DNA of 64,000 nucleotides from a virus (Duplodnaviria; Caudoviricetes): IMG/VR virus record IMGVR_UViG_2754412319_000001, positions 15,344 to 79,343 of that record; one strand, 5' to 3'. Shown piece by piece: positions 54,202 to 62,728 of this stretch (position 1 is its first letter; each line of letters starts with the position of its first letter). The notes under the pieces were generated by a model. It saw only the letters and a program-made list of their open reading frames with translations, ran no database searches and was not told where the DNA came from. The position numbers and the translations under genes were made by a program.

Positions 54202-56220
54202 ATGCTGCTGAACCTGAATATCAAGAACGGCTACCGTCACCCGAACTCGACCTTCGTCTTCCCGGTCGGCCAGACCGCGATCACGGGGCCGAACGAGTCG
54301 GGCAAGAGCGTCACGCTGGAGATGATCCTGTTCGCGCTGTGGGGCAGCGTCGCGCTGCGCGGCGCGGCTGACGACTACAAGAAGCTCGAAGTGACGCTCG
54401 AATTCATCGTACGCGACCAGACGTATCGCATCGTCCGCACGACGAAGAACGCGAAGCTGACGCGCGCGGGTGAAGACGTCGCGACGGGCACGAAGCCGGT
54501 CAACGCGAAGATCCGCGAGCTGTTTGGCTACGACTACGACGTGTTCACGATGGCCAACGCCGTGCTGCAAGGCCAGATCGAGAAGCTGTCGGACGCGAAG
54601 CCGACCGAGCGCCGCAAGATCGTCGACCAGACGATCGGCCTGAACGTGCTCGACGACATCGTGACCGACCTCGGCAAGCAGGCGCTCGCGTTCCGCAATC
54701 AGGCTGACGGCATCGCCGCGGTGCTGCGCGAGCCGGTCAAGCCCGAGCAGCCGGCCGACTTCGAGTCGAGCACGACGCTAGGCCAGAAGCGCGACAACGT
54801 CGCGACCCTGGTCAACGAGCTGAACCAGCTGCGCGGTATGGTGGCCCACAAGCCGTCCGAGCCGGTCGTCCCTACCTGCACCATTACCGAGACCGTCGAG
54901 ACGCTACAGGGCCTGATTGCGGCCCGCAACGAGCTGATTTTGGCGAAGGGCACGCTGGAGAGCGCAGCGGCCGACCAGCAGGCTTCGCTGAAGCGTCTGG
55001 TAGATGGACTCACGGCAGTGACCACGGACGGCACCGTGGCCCGTCTGGAGGCCGAGGTCGGCCGCATCGAGAAGCAAATCTCGGCGCTGGTCGAGCCGAC
55101 GCTGACGGTCGATGAGATCGTTCGGCTCGAAATGGCTCACGAACGGCATATCCGCTGGGGGCAGCGCCAAAAGCTGCTGGGGCAGGGCGAGCACGTCTGC
55201 CCGAGCTGCGACCACCACTGGCCTATCGCGGCAGCGGCGCTCGATACCTTCGCGGACGTGACCGACGCGGATGCTGTCGCGCCCGCGTATAGCCAGAAGG
55301 ATCTGAACGCGCAGCGTGCAATGCACGACAACGCCGAGCGCCGCGCCGCGCTTACGCAGGAGATCGCCGAGCTGCGCGAGCGCATCGAACGCACGAAGCA
55401 GGAAACGCAGGCCGCGATGGACGCCCAAAAGGCGAAGATCGTCAAGGCCGAAGAGGCGGTCGCCGAGACTTCCGAAGCGGTCAAGACCCTTCAGAACGCG
55501 ATTGACAACACGCCCGATCGCAGCGATGACCTGAAGGAGCGTCAGGCGTACGAAGGCCAGCTCGTCGCGCACCACGCGCAGGTGCTCAGCTACAACGAGT
55601 TCTTCGCGAAGCTGGCCGAGCGCGAGGCGCGCGTCGCCGAGCTGGCCGGCGTCGAGGCCGAGCTGGGCAAGCTGGACGAGCAGCTGGTCGCGGCGCGCGC
55701 CTACGAGCAGGCCGTGGGCGCGTACGAGGCGCAGATGGCCACGTACAGCGTCGACAAGGCAAAGCTCGATGCGCTGAATGCAGCGGCCGATGACAAGGCC
55801 GCAGCGAAGGCGGCGGTAGCGGAAGCGAAGCTCGTGATCAAGTCGCATCTCGTACCGTCGCTCAACAAGGTGGCGTCCGTGCTGCTCAACCAGATGACCG
55901 GTGGCGCACGTACGTCGATCGTGGTGGATGAAGACTTCAACATCACGGTCGACGGCCAAGCAGTGCAAACGCTGTCCGGGTCCGGAAAGGCTGTCGCGAA
56001 TCTCGCACTCCGGATTGGTCTCGGTCAGGTGCTGACCAACGGTGTGTTCTCCGTCTTCATGGCCGACGAGTTCGACGAGTCGATGGATGCACAACGTGCT
56101 CAGTACACCGCCGAGTGTCTGCAACGTCTGAAGGAGACCATCAAGCAGGTGATCATCGTCACGCACAAGCGCCCGATCGCAGACCACATCTTCACTCTCC
56201 CTTTGAAAGAGGCCGCATGA
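54202..56220 (+). CDS. SbcC/Rad50-like SMC ATPase
   Basis: GPNESGKS, QGQI Q-loop, coiled coil with CPSC hook, LSGSG signature, ADEFDESMD, VTH. Confidence 0.88.
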   Translation: MLLNLNIKNGYRHPNSTFVFPVGQTAITGPNESGKSVTLEMILFALWGSVALRGAADDYKKLEVTLEFIVRDQTYRIVRTTKNAKLTRAGEDVATGTKPVNAKIRELFGYDYDVFTMANAVLQGQIEKLSDAKPTERRKIVDQTIGLNVLDDIVTDLGKQALAFRNQADGIAAVLREPVKPEQPADFESSTTLGQKRDNVATLVNELNQLRGMVAHKPSEPVVPTCTITETVETLQGLIAARNELILAKGTLESAAADQQASLKRLVDGLTAVTTDGTVARLEAEVGRIEKQISALVEPTLTVDEIVRLEMAHERHIRWGQRQKLLGQGEHVCPSCDHHWPIAAAALDTFADVTDADAVAPAYSQKDLNAQRAMHDNAERRAALTQEIAELRERIERTKQETQAAMDAQKAKIVKAEEAVAETSEAVKTLQNAIDNTPDRSDDLKERQAYEGQLVAHHAQVLSYNEFFAKLAEREARVAELAGVEAELGKLDEQLVAARAYEQAVGAYEAQMATYSVDKAKLDALNAAADDKAAAKAAVAEAKLVIKSHLVPSLNKVASVLLNQMTGGARTSIVVDEDFNITVDGQAVQTLSGSGKAVANLALRIGLGQVLTNGVFSVFMADEFDESMDAQRAQYTAECLQRLKETIKQVIIVTHKRPIADHIFTLPLKEAA

Positions 56221-56227
56221 GGAATTA

Positions 56228-56575
56228 ATGGAGTCCATCAAAACGCTACTCGATCAAAACTTCACGCCCCAGCTCATCGCCACGTTCCTTGACACCACCC
56301 TGGAACGTGTCGTCGAAGAGATGAACAAGCTGGAACTCTTCGGCTGGGGAGACCCTGGAAATTACGCCTTCATCATTGCGCGCAAGTACCCTGCGGAACG
56401 CCGCTGGAATGAAAGGTTTGAACGGATTCTGGCAACCGCACGTGAGAAGCACGACAAGGGGCTGATCACGATGGTTCAGGTTCGAGATGACGACATGATC
56501 ATCCAGTACGCAATGCCTGTCGAACGTCCCGTTCCGCGCCGACTCTGGTTTACCGCACCACCCGAGACTTACTAA
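56228..56575 (+). CDS. Hypothetical protein
   Basis: RBS GAGG. Confidence 0.65.
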   Translation: MESIKTLLDQNFTPQLIATFLDTTLERVVEEMNKLELFGWGDPGNYAFIIARKYPAERRWNERFERILATAREKHDKGLITMVQVRDDDMIIQYAMPVERPVPRRLWFTAPPETY

Positions 56576-56577
56576 AA

Positions 56578-57156
56578 ATGAACTTCGAACAATACAAACA
56601 TCTGGCCCTTCGCACCGAGAAGCCTCTGGCAACTTCTCTGCTGCGCCTGCAACACGCATCGCTCGGTCTCACGACCGAACATGGCGAGTTCACCACCGAA
56701 GTCAAACGCCTTTGGGCGTACCAGAAGCCGCTCACGCAGGAGATGCGCGAACACATCTTCGAAGAGCTGGGAGACATCCTCTGGTACGTGGCCATCGGTG
56801 CCGACGCCCTTGACTTCGAGATCCACGAATACCAGCATCTCTTCGACTTCGACCTCAGCGCGCTACCGCTCGCGGAACAGCTCCAGGTCGTCGCGAATCG
56901 CATGTCCGTCGAGATCGGCTTCTTCACGTACGAACTGCCGCTGCATCAAGATGCGCGCGCCCGCACGGGCGCGATGCGCAGCCTCGTGAACATCCTCAGC
57001 GGTGTGGCGCATGCCTGCGACGCGCTCGACATGCCGCTCGAAGAAGTCATGTCCGCGAACATCGCGAAGCTGAAGCAGCGCTTCCCGAACGCATACACGA
57101 ACGCAGCTGCTGAAGCGCGCGCCGACAAGGGCGGGCTGGACGCACGCAACTCGTAA
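56578..57156 (+). CDS. mazG: MazG-like nucleotide pyrophosphohydrolase
   Basis: GLTTEHGEF...EELGDILWYVA...NIAKLKQRFP. Confidence 0.8.
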   Translation: MNFEQYKHLALRTEKPLATSLLRLQHASLGLTTEHGEFTTEVKRLWAYQKPLTQEMREHIFEELGDILWYVAIGADALDFEIHEYQHLFDFDLSALPLAEQLQVVANRMSVEIGFFTYELPLHQDARARTGAMRSLVNILSGVAHACDALDMPLEEVMSANIAKLKQRFPNAYTNAAAEARADKGGLDARNS

Positions 57157-57203
57157 TCCACCACACGCAGGAAGGGCCGACCACCACCGGCCCTGAAAAC
57201 AAG

Positions 57204-58121
57204 ATGAAACCTATCATTCTGGCCAAGGTGATCGAAGATTCGATCGCCTCGAACGGCGTGCGCCTCACGACCGTTGAAGTGCGGTATCCGCGCATCATCC
57301 ACAGCGAGCTGATGACGCACCGCAAGTTCTCTCGTAACGCGGGTAGCTCCCGCGCTATCCCGATCCTTCGCATGTTGCGCCAAGTCTGGTCGCGGCCGGC
57401 GTGCCCCGCCGAGTGGGGCACCAACCAGCCGGGTATGCAGGCAGGTGCAGAGCTTCAAGGTTGGCGTTTGTGGGCCGCGAAAGCCACGTGGCGCAGCGCT
57501 GCGCGCTTCGCCGCGCTGCATAGCTGGTTGCTCATGAAGTTCGGCGCGCACAAGCAGATCGCGAACCGCGTCACCGAACCGTACCAGTACATCAACGTCC
57601 TGATCTCCTCGACCGATTGGGGCAACTTCGACGAGCTGCGCTGCCATCCGGACGCCGACCCGACGATGCAGCTCCTGGCTGTCGAGATCATGACCGCGAT
57701 CGAGGTCAGCGTGCCGCGCCGGCTGCGCATCGCCGAGTGGCACCTGCCGTACGTCCTCCAGTCCGAGCGCGAGGCGCTGCCGACCGAAGAACAGATCAAG
57801 CTGTCCGTCGCGCGCTGCGCGCGGATCTCCTACGATCCGTTCGACGGTGACGCGAGCCACGCGAAGGAGTTCGAGCGCTACGCGAAGCTGGTTGGCGCAC
57901 GGCCGATCCACGCATCTCCGACCGAGCACCAAGCTACACCGGCTTTCTCGTCGACGCAGAAGGGGGGAAACTTCGACGGGTGGCTTCAGCACCGCCAGGA
58001 CGTCGAGAAGGCCCGCGCGATGGATGGCGAAGTGCCGGCCGTCCTGCGCCGACAGTGGACCAACGATGAGGTTAGGTTGCACCGCGCTTTGGTCGCGCAG
58101 CGTGGGGAGGTCGAAGCATGA
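57204..58121 (+). CDS. thyX: FAD-dependent thymidylate synthase
   Basis: HSELMTHRKFSRNAGSSRAIP, HKQIANR, HASPTEHQA. Confidence 0.88.
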   Translation: MKPIILAKVIEDSIASNGVRLTTVEVRYPRIIHSELMTHRKFSRNAGSSRAIPILRMLRQVWSRPACPAEWGTNQPGMQAGAELQGWRLWAAKATWRSAARFAALHSWLLMKFGAHKQIANRVTEPYQYINVLISSTDWGNFDELRCHPDADPTMQLLAVEIMTAIEVSVPRRLRIAEWHLPYVLQSEREALPTEEQIKLSVARCARISYDPFDGDASHAKEFERYAKLVGARPIHASPTEHQATPAFSSTQKGGNFDGWLQHRQDVEKARAMDGEVPAVLRRQWTNDEVRLHRALVAQRGEVEA

Positions 58122-58387
58122 TGGCCGAATTTCCGACGCGAACGGCACAGCCCCCGCAAGGATCGCGCAAGCACTCTCACTACCACAAGGCCTGCCCGTA
58201 CCCGAGCATCGACGTCTACCGCGTGCTGGAACTGTTCAAGGTGACTGACCCATGTATCCAGCATGCAGTAAAGAAGCTGCTGGTCGCCGGGGGGCGTGGC
58301 CAAAAGGACATCGCCAAGGACATCCAGGAGTCGATCGACACGTTGAGCCGCTGGCAGGAGATGCGGGCCGAGGAGGGCCGAGCATGA
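58118..58387 (+). CDS. DUF3310-like phage protein (possible nucleotide kinase)
   Basis: SHY...IDVY...QHAVKKLL.AG.RG.KD...DI.E. Confidence 0.5.
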   Translation: MMAEFPTRTAQPPQGSRKHSHYHKACPYPSIDVYRVLELFKVTDPCIQHAVKKLLVAGGRGQKDIAKDIQESIDTLSRWQEMRAEEGRA

Positions 58388-58704
58388 AAAAAGACACTCT
58401 CGTCGCGCTGGGGATGACCACTCTCGCAATCCTTGGTGTCGTCAAATGCACGAACTCCGACTGGTATCAGGAGAGCGAGCGGCAGCGGAAAGCAGATGAG
58501 CGGGCTGCGGCCACGCCGCACGTTATTCGTGAAGCCGACAACTGCAAGGTGTACGCATGGAAGGACAACGGAGGCACCGGCACGACGCATTACTTCACGA
58601 AGTGCCCGAACGCGACGGTCACGACCGATCGCCAGTACGAGGTCAAGTGCGGCAAGACCTGCACGCGCACCGAGACTGAATCCGTCACCACGGAGACGCA
58701 CTGA
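58384..58704 (+). CDS. Secreted or membrane-anchored Cys-containing protein
   Basis: N-terminal hydrophobic helix ending in C; EADNCKVY. Confidence 0.6.
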   Translation: MKKDTLVALGMTTLAILGVVKCTNSDWYQESERQRKADERAAATPHVIREADNCKVYAWKDNGGTGTTHYFTKCPNATVTTDRQYEVKCGKTCTRTETESVTTETH

Positions 58705-58910
58705 TGGCCACCGACGAAATCCTCGTGGTGAAGGCGTATCACCGCGAGAGCAACAGCAACGACATCTATGTGAAGTGTCCGCACTGCGGCCGGCTGCTCG
58801 AACTCGAAGCCGGAGACTTCAAAGGCGAGATGTTCACGGACAAGGTCTGCGGCGGCATGCTCGAAGTGAGCCACAACGCGTACCGCACCGCATTCCCGCA
58901 GGAGGATTAA
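58704..58910 (+). CDS. Small zinc-ribbon protein
   Basis: CPHCG...VCGG. Confidence 0.6.
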   Translation: MATDEILVVKAYHRESNSNDIYVKCPHCGRLLELEAGDFKGEMFTDKVCGGMLEVSHNAYRTAFPQED

Positions 58911-59134
58911 TGACGCTCGGTAAGAACTATGTGACCGCACCCGTCTCCGAATGGGTGTATGAGAAGCCGCAGCATGGTGGGGCGAAGTGCTTGTTATTGA
59001 CGATCGGCGGAATTGCGATCACTGGCGTGTGGCAGGGTGAGGTTGGCCAGTATTACCTCGCATGGGCGGCGCTGCCGAAGCGAAACAAGGATATGGAGCG
59101 GCGGCTGACGAGGAAGATGGAGGTCAAGACGTGA
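58910..59134 (+). CDS. Hypothetical phage protein
   Basis: TAATG coupling; KCLLLTIGGIAITGVW...AWAALPKR. Confidence 0.65.
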   Translation: MTLGKNYVTAPVSEWVYEKPQHGGAKCLLLTIGGIAITGVWQGEVGQYYLAWAALPKRNKDMERRLTRKMEVKT

Positions 59135-59469
59135 AGAAGATCTACGAACTCACGTATGCGGATGGCTACCAGATGAGGGTTGAGATCGATCATTCGATCA
59201 TGACCGACGAGCAGCTACACGAGATCAACAGCTTTTGGGGAGGCGCAGCTTCGCGCGTGGCGCGTAACGGCGTGCTGAACGCCGTATTGATGATGTTCTG
59301 CACGACGTTCATGGATGCTTGCATCGACTACATGGACCCGGTCGCAGCCTTCGATAACGGCGACATCGAGGGGTGGCCGCCGATAAGCGGGACACACGGA
59401 ATCAGGGTCGTCGACTTTGAACCTTTCGACTTCGAACCCGAGAATGTCGACGTCAGGGAGGTCATGTGA
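59131..59469 (+). CDS. DUF2528-family phage protein
   Basis: VEIDHSIMTDEQLHEINSFW...VLNAVLMM...EGWP. Confidence 0.7.
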   Translation: MKKIYELTYADGYQMRVEIDHSIMTDEQLHEINSFWGGAASRVARNGVLNAVLMMFCTTFMDACIDYMDPVAAFDNGDIEGWPPISGTHGIRVVDFEPFDFEPENVDVREVM

Positions 59470-59798
59470 GCTACTTCGATGACAAGTACCCGAAGATGCC
59501 GTCTTTCTGGTGGTCCCTCAAGGTCATCGTGATCGGTGTGCTGACCGGCTGGGTCACGCACACCGACTGGTACGCGATCCGTCGTGAGCTGAGCGACATC
59601 ACCCGCTCGGTGTTCGAGCTGATCGGCTGGTTCCTCGCGTGGCTCGCGCTGCTCGTGGTCTTCCTGCTCGCGCCGGTCTCGATCGCCATCTACATGATCG
59701 TCGTGCGCCGGCAGCAGCGCCGCGTCTGCATCGTGAATCGCAAGCGGTATCTGCGTGACCGCCTGCGCATCGCCTGCAAGGGCTACAGCTGGAGCTAA
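59466..59798 (+). CDS. Membrane protein
   Basis: Two hydrophobic segments and a basic C-terminus. Confidence 0.6.
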   Translation: MSYFDDKYPKMPSFWWSLKVIVIGVLTGWVTHTDWYAIRRELSDITRSVFELIGWFLAWLALLVVFLLAPVSIAIYMIVVRRQQRRVCIVNRKRYLRDRLRIACKGYSWS

Positions 59799-60054
59799 CC
59801 CTGTTCGGTGCGCCGCCGAGTGCCGTTGCCGTCGCGAATGCACGGCTCGGCATTCTGGCGGCACTCGAATGCAGTACAGGCCGTTAGCGAAGCCTGCCGA
59901 ATTCAAAAAACCATCTATTTAGGTCCAACCTGTCAGTATTGCTGGGCTTTGGCCGATAAATGTCATTTTTAGTCAAAATCCCGCTCTGAGGTTATCGACA
60001 ACCGGTTTGTCTTCAGGTATTAGTCGGACCATTCGAAAATGAGAGGGCTACCAG

Positions 60055-60486
60055 TTGAAGCGAAACTTTCTTCGGGTCGGCGACTACTCGTCGTCTGGTG
60101 GTGTTGTTGTCGATGGCATCCCATCCACGAGTTGCTATGGTCGAGAACTAACTTACATCGGCGCAAAAGTAACCTGTCCGGCTTGCAAACAGCTTGGTGT
60201 CATCGTCGCCGAGGGGCCGCGATGGCCGGGCGAGATGATGGGGCATCAGGCCGCTCTGGAGGGGGACAGGGTTGCATGCGGGTGCAGCCCACGGCCGTCG
60301 ATGATTGCTTCGCAAGACACCATGTATGAGAGCTTTGAATCGCAGCAGCTTCTCGGGATGGGTTTCGCCGCAGACGGCGGGCGGATGGTGCTTGATTCTG
60401 GTACACCGAAGCCGTCGCAGGGCTTCTGTCTTTCCTGCATGCTTGCTGCCGCCAAGAATGCTGCGTCAATGGTCGTTCGTGGGTGA
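60055..60486 (+). CDS. PAAR-domain protein with C-terminal extension
   Basis: RVGD.SSSGG.V, GAKVTCPAC, ALEGDRVACGC; TTG start after GAGAGGG. Confidence 0.9.
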   Translation: MKRNFLRVGDYSSSGGVVVDGIPSTSCYGRELTYIGAKVTCPACKQLGVIVAEGPRWPGEMMGHQAALEGDRVACGCSPRPSMIASQDTMYESFESQQLLGMGFAADGGRMVLDSGTPKPSQGFCLSCMLAAAKNAASMVVRG

Positions 60487-60492
60487 CGCGCC

Positions 60493-60990
60493 GTGAGCAT
60501 TCAGGTCATTTTCTCTTCATGGCAGGCGCGCGCCAGCCTTCCGCTCCGTCTATTCGCGCTCGCGGATGGTCTGCTGTATTCAGAATCAAGCGGTTCACCA
60601 CCAGTGCGCTCAGGTGAATCAGCGATGGCGCTACTTGACGGAACCCCTGACGCGTCGCTTGCCGATGCCGGCCCGTGGTTCTTCGACTACGAGCAGACGA
60701 ACAGCACGACGCGCGATGCGTTGACGCGCATGGCTCAAGGCGAATACGGGGTGAACTGGATCATCAGCGCCTATCAACCACGCATGCTCGCGAACGAGCT
60801 GCGCGAACGACTGGATGCCACATTGCCGGACGGTAGGACGGCAATGCTGCGCTTTTACGACGCGCGCGTGATGCGGTACTTCGCGCCAGCGTTGAATTCG
60901 ACGGAGCGGACTATGTTCTTTTCCCCTACGTTCGACTGGCTGATCGAGATCGATGGACAGCTATTTAGGGCGCACCCCCATGCCGCTTAA
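60493..60990 (+). CDS. DUF4123 T6SS effector chaperone (TecT-like)
   Basis: LFALADG, AGPW, LPDGRTAMLRFYDARV. Confidence 0.9.
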   Translation: MSIQVIFSSWQARASLPLRLFALADGLLYSESSGSPPVRSGESAMALLDGTPDASLADAGPWFFDYEQTNSTTRDALTRMAQGEYGVNWIISAYQPRMLANELRERLDATLPDGRTAMLRFYDARVMRYFAPALNSTERTMFFSPTFDWLIEIDGQLFRAHPHAA

Positions 60991-61450
60991 TCTCACACCC
61001 GCCCATCTTTCCGCGCTCGCCACAGGCGAGGCCCGAAACTTCGTTGACGGCGTGCGTCGCGATCTGATCAAGGCTGACCCCACGTTAGAGCAGGACATCG
61101 ATCTCCACAATCGATTGTGGGAGGCGTATCAGGCCGCGCGCGCGCTCGGGATTCAGGATAGCGAGCACCTTGTTCAGTTCCTGAAGGTTGAGGCATATTC
61201 GCCGAGCTTCTACGCGAAACCAGCGGCGCGTGCTTGGCTGACCAAGCCCGGTCGAAGTGCCGATGAACGCTTTCACGTCTACGTCCAAGAAGTCACTTGG
61301 CGATCACAACATCCAGATAGCTTGAAAGGAGTCCCGCATGGCAGCACCGTTAATTCCCCTAGTTACGGCCGTGGCGGCGGAAGTGGGACCGGCATTGTCG
61401 GCTATTGGCGGCGCATTACTGGGAGGGGCGGCGGTAGCGGGGATCGGTAG
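60980..61450 (+). CDS. Putative co-chaperone (co-TecT-like by position)
   Basis: Between DUF4123 and toxin; start MPLNLT; 3' end overlaps the toxin gene. Confidence 0.55.
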   Translation: MPLNLTPAHLSALATGEARNFVDGVRRDLIKADPTLEQDIDLHNRLWEAYQAARALGIQDSEHLVQFLKVEAYSPSFYAKPAARAWLTKPGRSADERFHVYVQEVTWRSQHPDSLKGVPHGSTVNSPSYGRGGGSGTGIVGYWRRITGRGGGSGDR

Positions 61451-61949
61451 TATGCGGGGCGATGTCAGCAAGATGGAGGAACAGGCAAAGGCGAAAACGG
61501 AGTCGCGAACAATTTCAGATTCCACCGAGCCTTGCAAGAAATGCCCACCGGAGAAGACCGGCGTGCTTGTGCGAAACAATCATGGCGTCAACTGGCCAGC
61601 GTATCGCTATCAGGCCCGCGTGACCGGCTTCGCGTTTGACACTGAAAACTGTCGATGGAGCGACGAGTGGGAGTGGATGGGGATCGATTTCGACGGGTTC
61701 AGGGCAAATGAATGTCTACTCCAGGAGGCCAAGGGTAACTACGATCAGTTCCTTGACGGGTCGATCCCGAAGGCGGATGAGTTTTTCAAGGGACTGGATA
61801 GGATGGGGGATCAGGCGCGCACTCGGGCAAGGGTAGTCAAGCCGAATCCACCGACCCGGCTGAGGTATTATTTTCAGGGTCCACTGACGTATCGAAAGAT
61901 GTCAAGATTGCTCAGGCTTTTGTCAATCGAGTCCGAATATCTTCCGTAA
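61338..61949 (+). CDS. Tox-REase-5 nuclease effector (TseT-like)
   Basis: Hydrophobic Ala/Gly N-terminus, CxxCP, YQARVTG, DFDGF...LQEAKGNY. Confidence 0.88.
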   Translation: MAAPLIPLVTAVAAEVGPALSAIGGALLGGAAVAGIGSMRGDVSKMEEQAKAKTESRTISDSTEPCKKCPPEKTGVLVRNNHGVNWPAYRYQARVTGFAFDTENCRWSDEWEWMGIDFDGFRANECLLQEAKGNYDQFLDGSIPKADEFFKGLDRMGDQARTRARVVKPNPPTRLRYYFQGPLTYRKMSRLLRLLSIESEYLP

Positions 61950-61958
61950 GATACTGCT

Positions 61959-62675
61959 ATGAAATTCGAAGCGATTATTAAGAGTGGAGGGGTCCCTGCA
62001 AAGGACTTCGCTCAAATTTTGACCAAGGCTGGTGCGATCATCGACGTGATGGCGGCAAGCGAACCGGCGCTTGCACGGCCAAACTGGCGGATGAAAGGCG
62101 ATTCTCTCGAAGAGGCTCAGCGTAGCGAAGTCTATCTGGCAGACGGTCATCCAAGTAACACGGCGTTAGAGGCGCTGGAAAGCGAATATCGTGGTGACAC
62201 TGGGTCCACCGTTGGGATATGGGATGGGGGTGCCGTCGATGCTGTTGGGGCGTCGGTAACGGTTTTTGCATGTGGTGGAGATTTCCCTGACACGGTCACG
62301 ATCGGCGCACGGGGTGCTTTTTCCACCAGCATGGCGCTTGTTTCCAGTGTTGTGAAGCAACTGGTGCTGGAATTTGCGCCGGCTGTCGTTACAGCCGCAC
62401 CCGAAGGTTACGAGGAGCAGCAAGCATTCGACGACCGCCCCGGTGTAGGTTGGATGCTGTATCTCCCTGTCGAGCTTACCGCTCAACAAATCCCTGAAGC
62501 GCAGGAACTCATCCCAGTCTTTTCCACTGACGGTAAGAAGCGGCTCGGGACAATCCTCGTCAGCATCAAGGGCGAGGTGTTTTCGGTCGACAACGAGGAG
62601 CATCTGGCCGTGGCGCATAACATCGAGGCGCGACTTATATCTATGGACCTATTGCCGCTTCTTGGCGAGATATAA
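61959..62675 (+). CDS. Imm52-family immunity protein (TsiT-like)
   Basis: Directly after toxin; DRPGVGWMLYLP..LT..QIPEA..LIPV...GTILVS. Confidence 0.85.
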   Translation: MKFEAIIKSGGVPAKDFAQILTKAGAIIDVMAASEPALARPNWRMKGDSLEEAQRSEVYLADGHPSNTALEALESEYRGDTGSTVGIWDGGAVDAVGASVTVFACGGDFPDTVTIGARGAFSTSMALVSSVVKQLVLEFAPAVVTAAPEGYEEQQAFDDRPGVGWMLYLPVELTAQQIPEAQELIPVFSTDGKKRLGTILVSIKGEVFSVDNEEHLAVAHNIEARLISMDLLPLLGEI

Positions 62676-62728
62676 GTGCAGCCAAGCAAGCATCGCAAGC
62701 CTTCCGCATGGAAGGCTTGCGTCCTATC

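Noticed and set aside
19969-57194. ACCACCAC motif as a Chi site
   Set aside because: The complement GTGGTGGT is not GCTGGTGG, and the motif is tied to start codons rather than spread evenly
61338-61450. 113-nt overlap of the co-chaperone and toxin ORFs as a dual-coding feature
   Set aside because: The Gly/Arg-rich tail looks like read-through of the toxin's 5' sequence in another frame, not a selected domain
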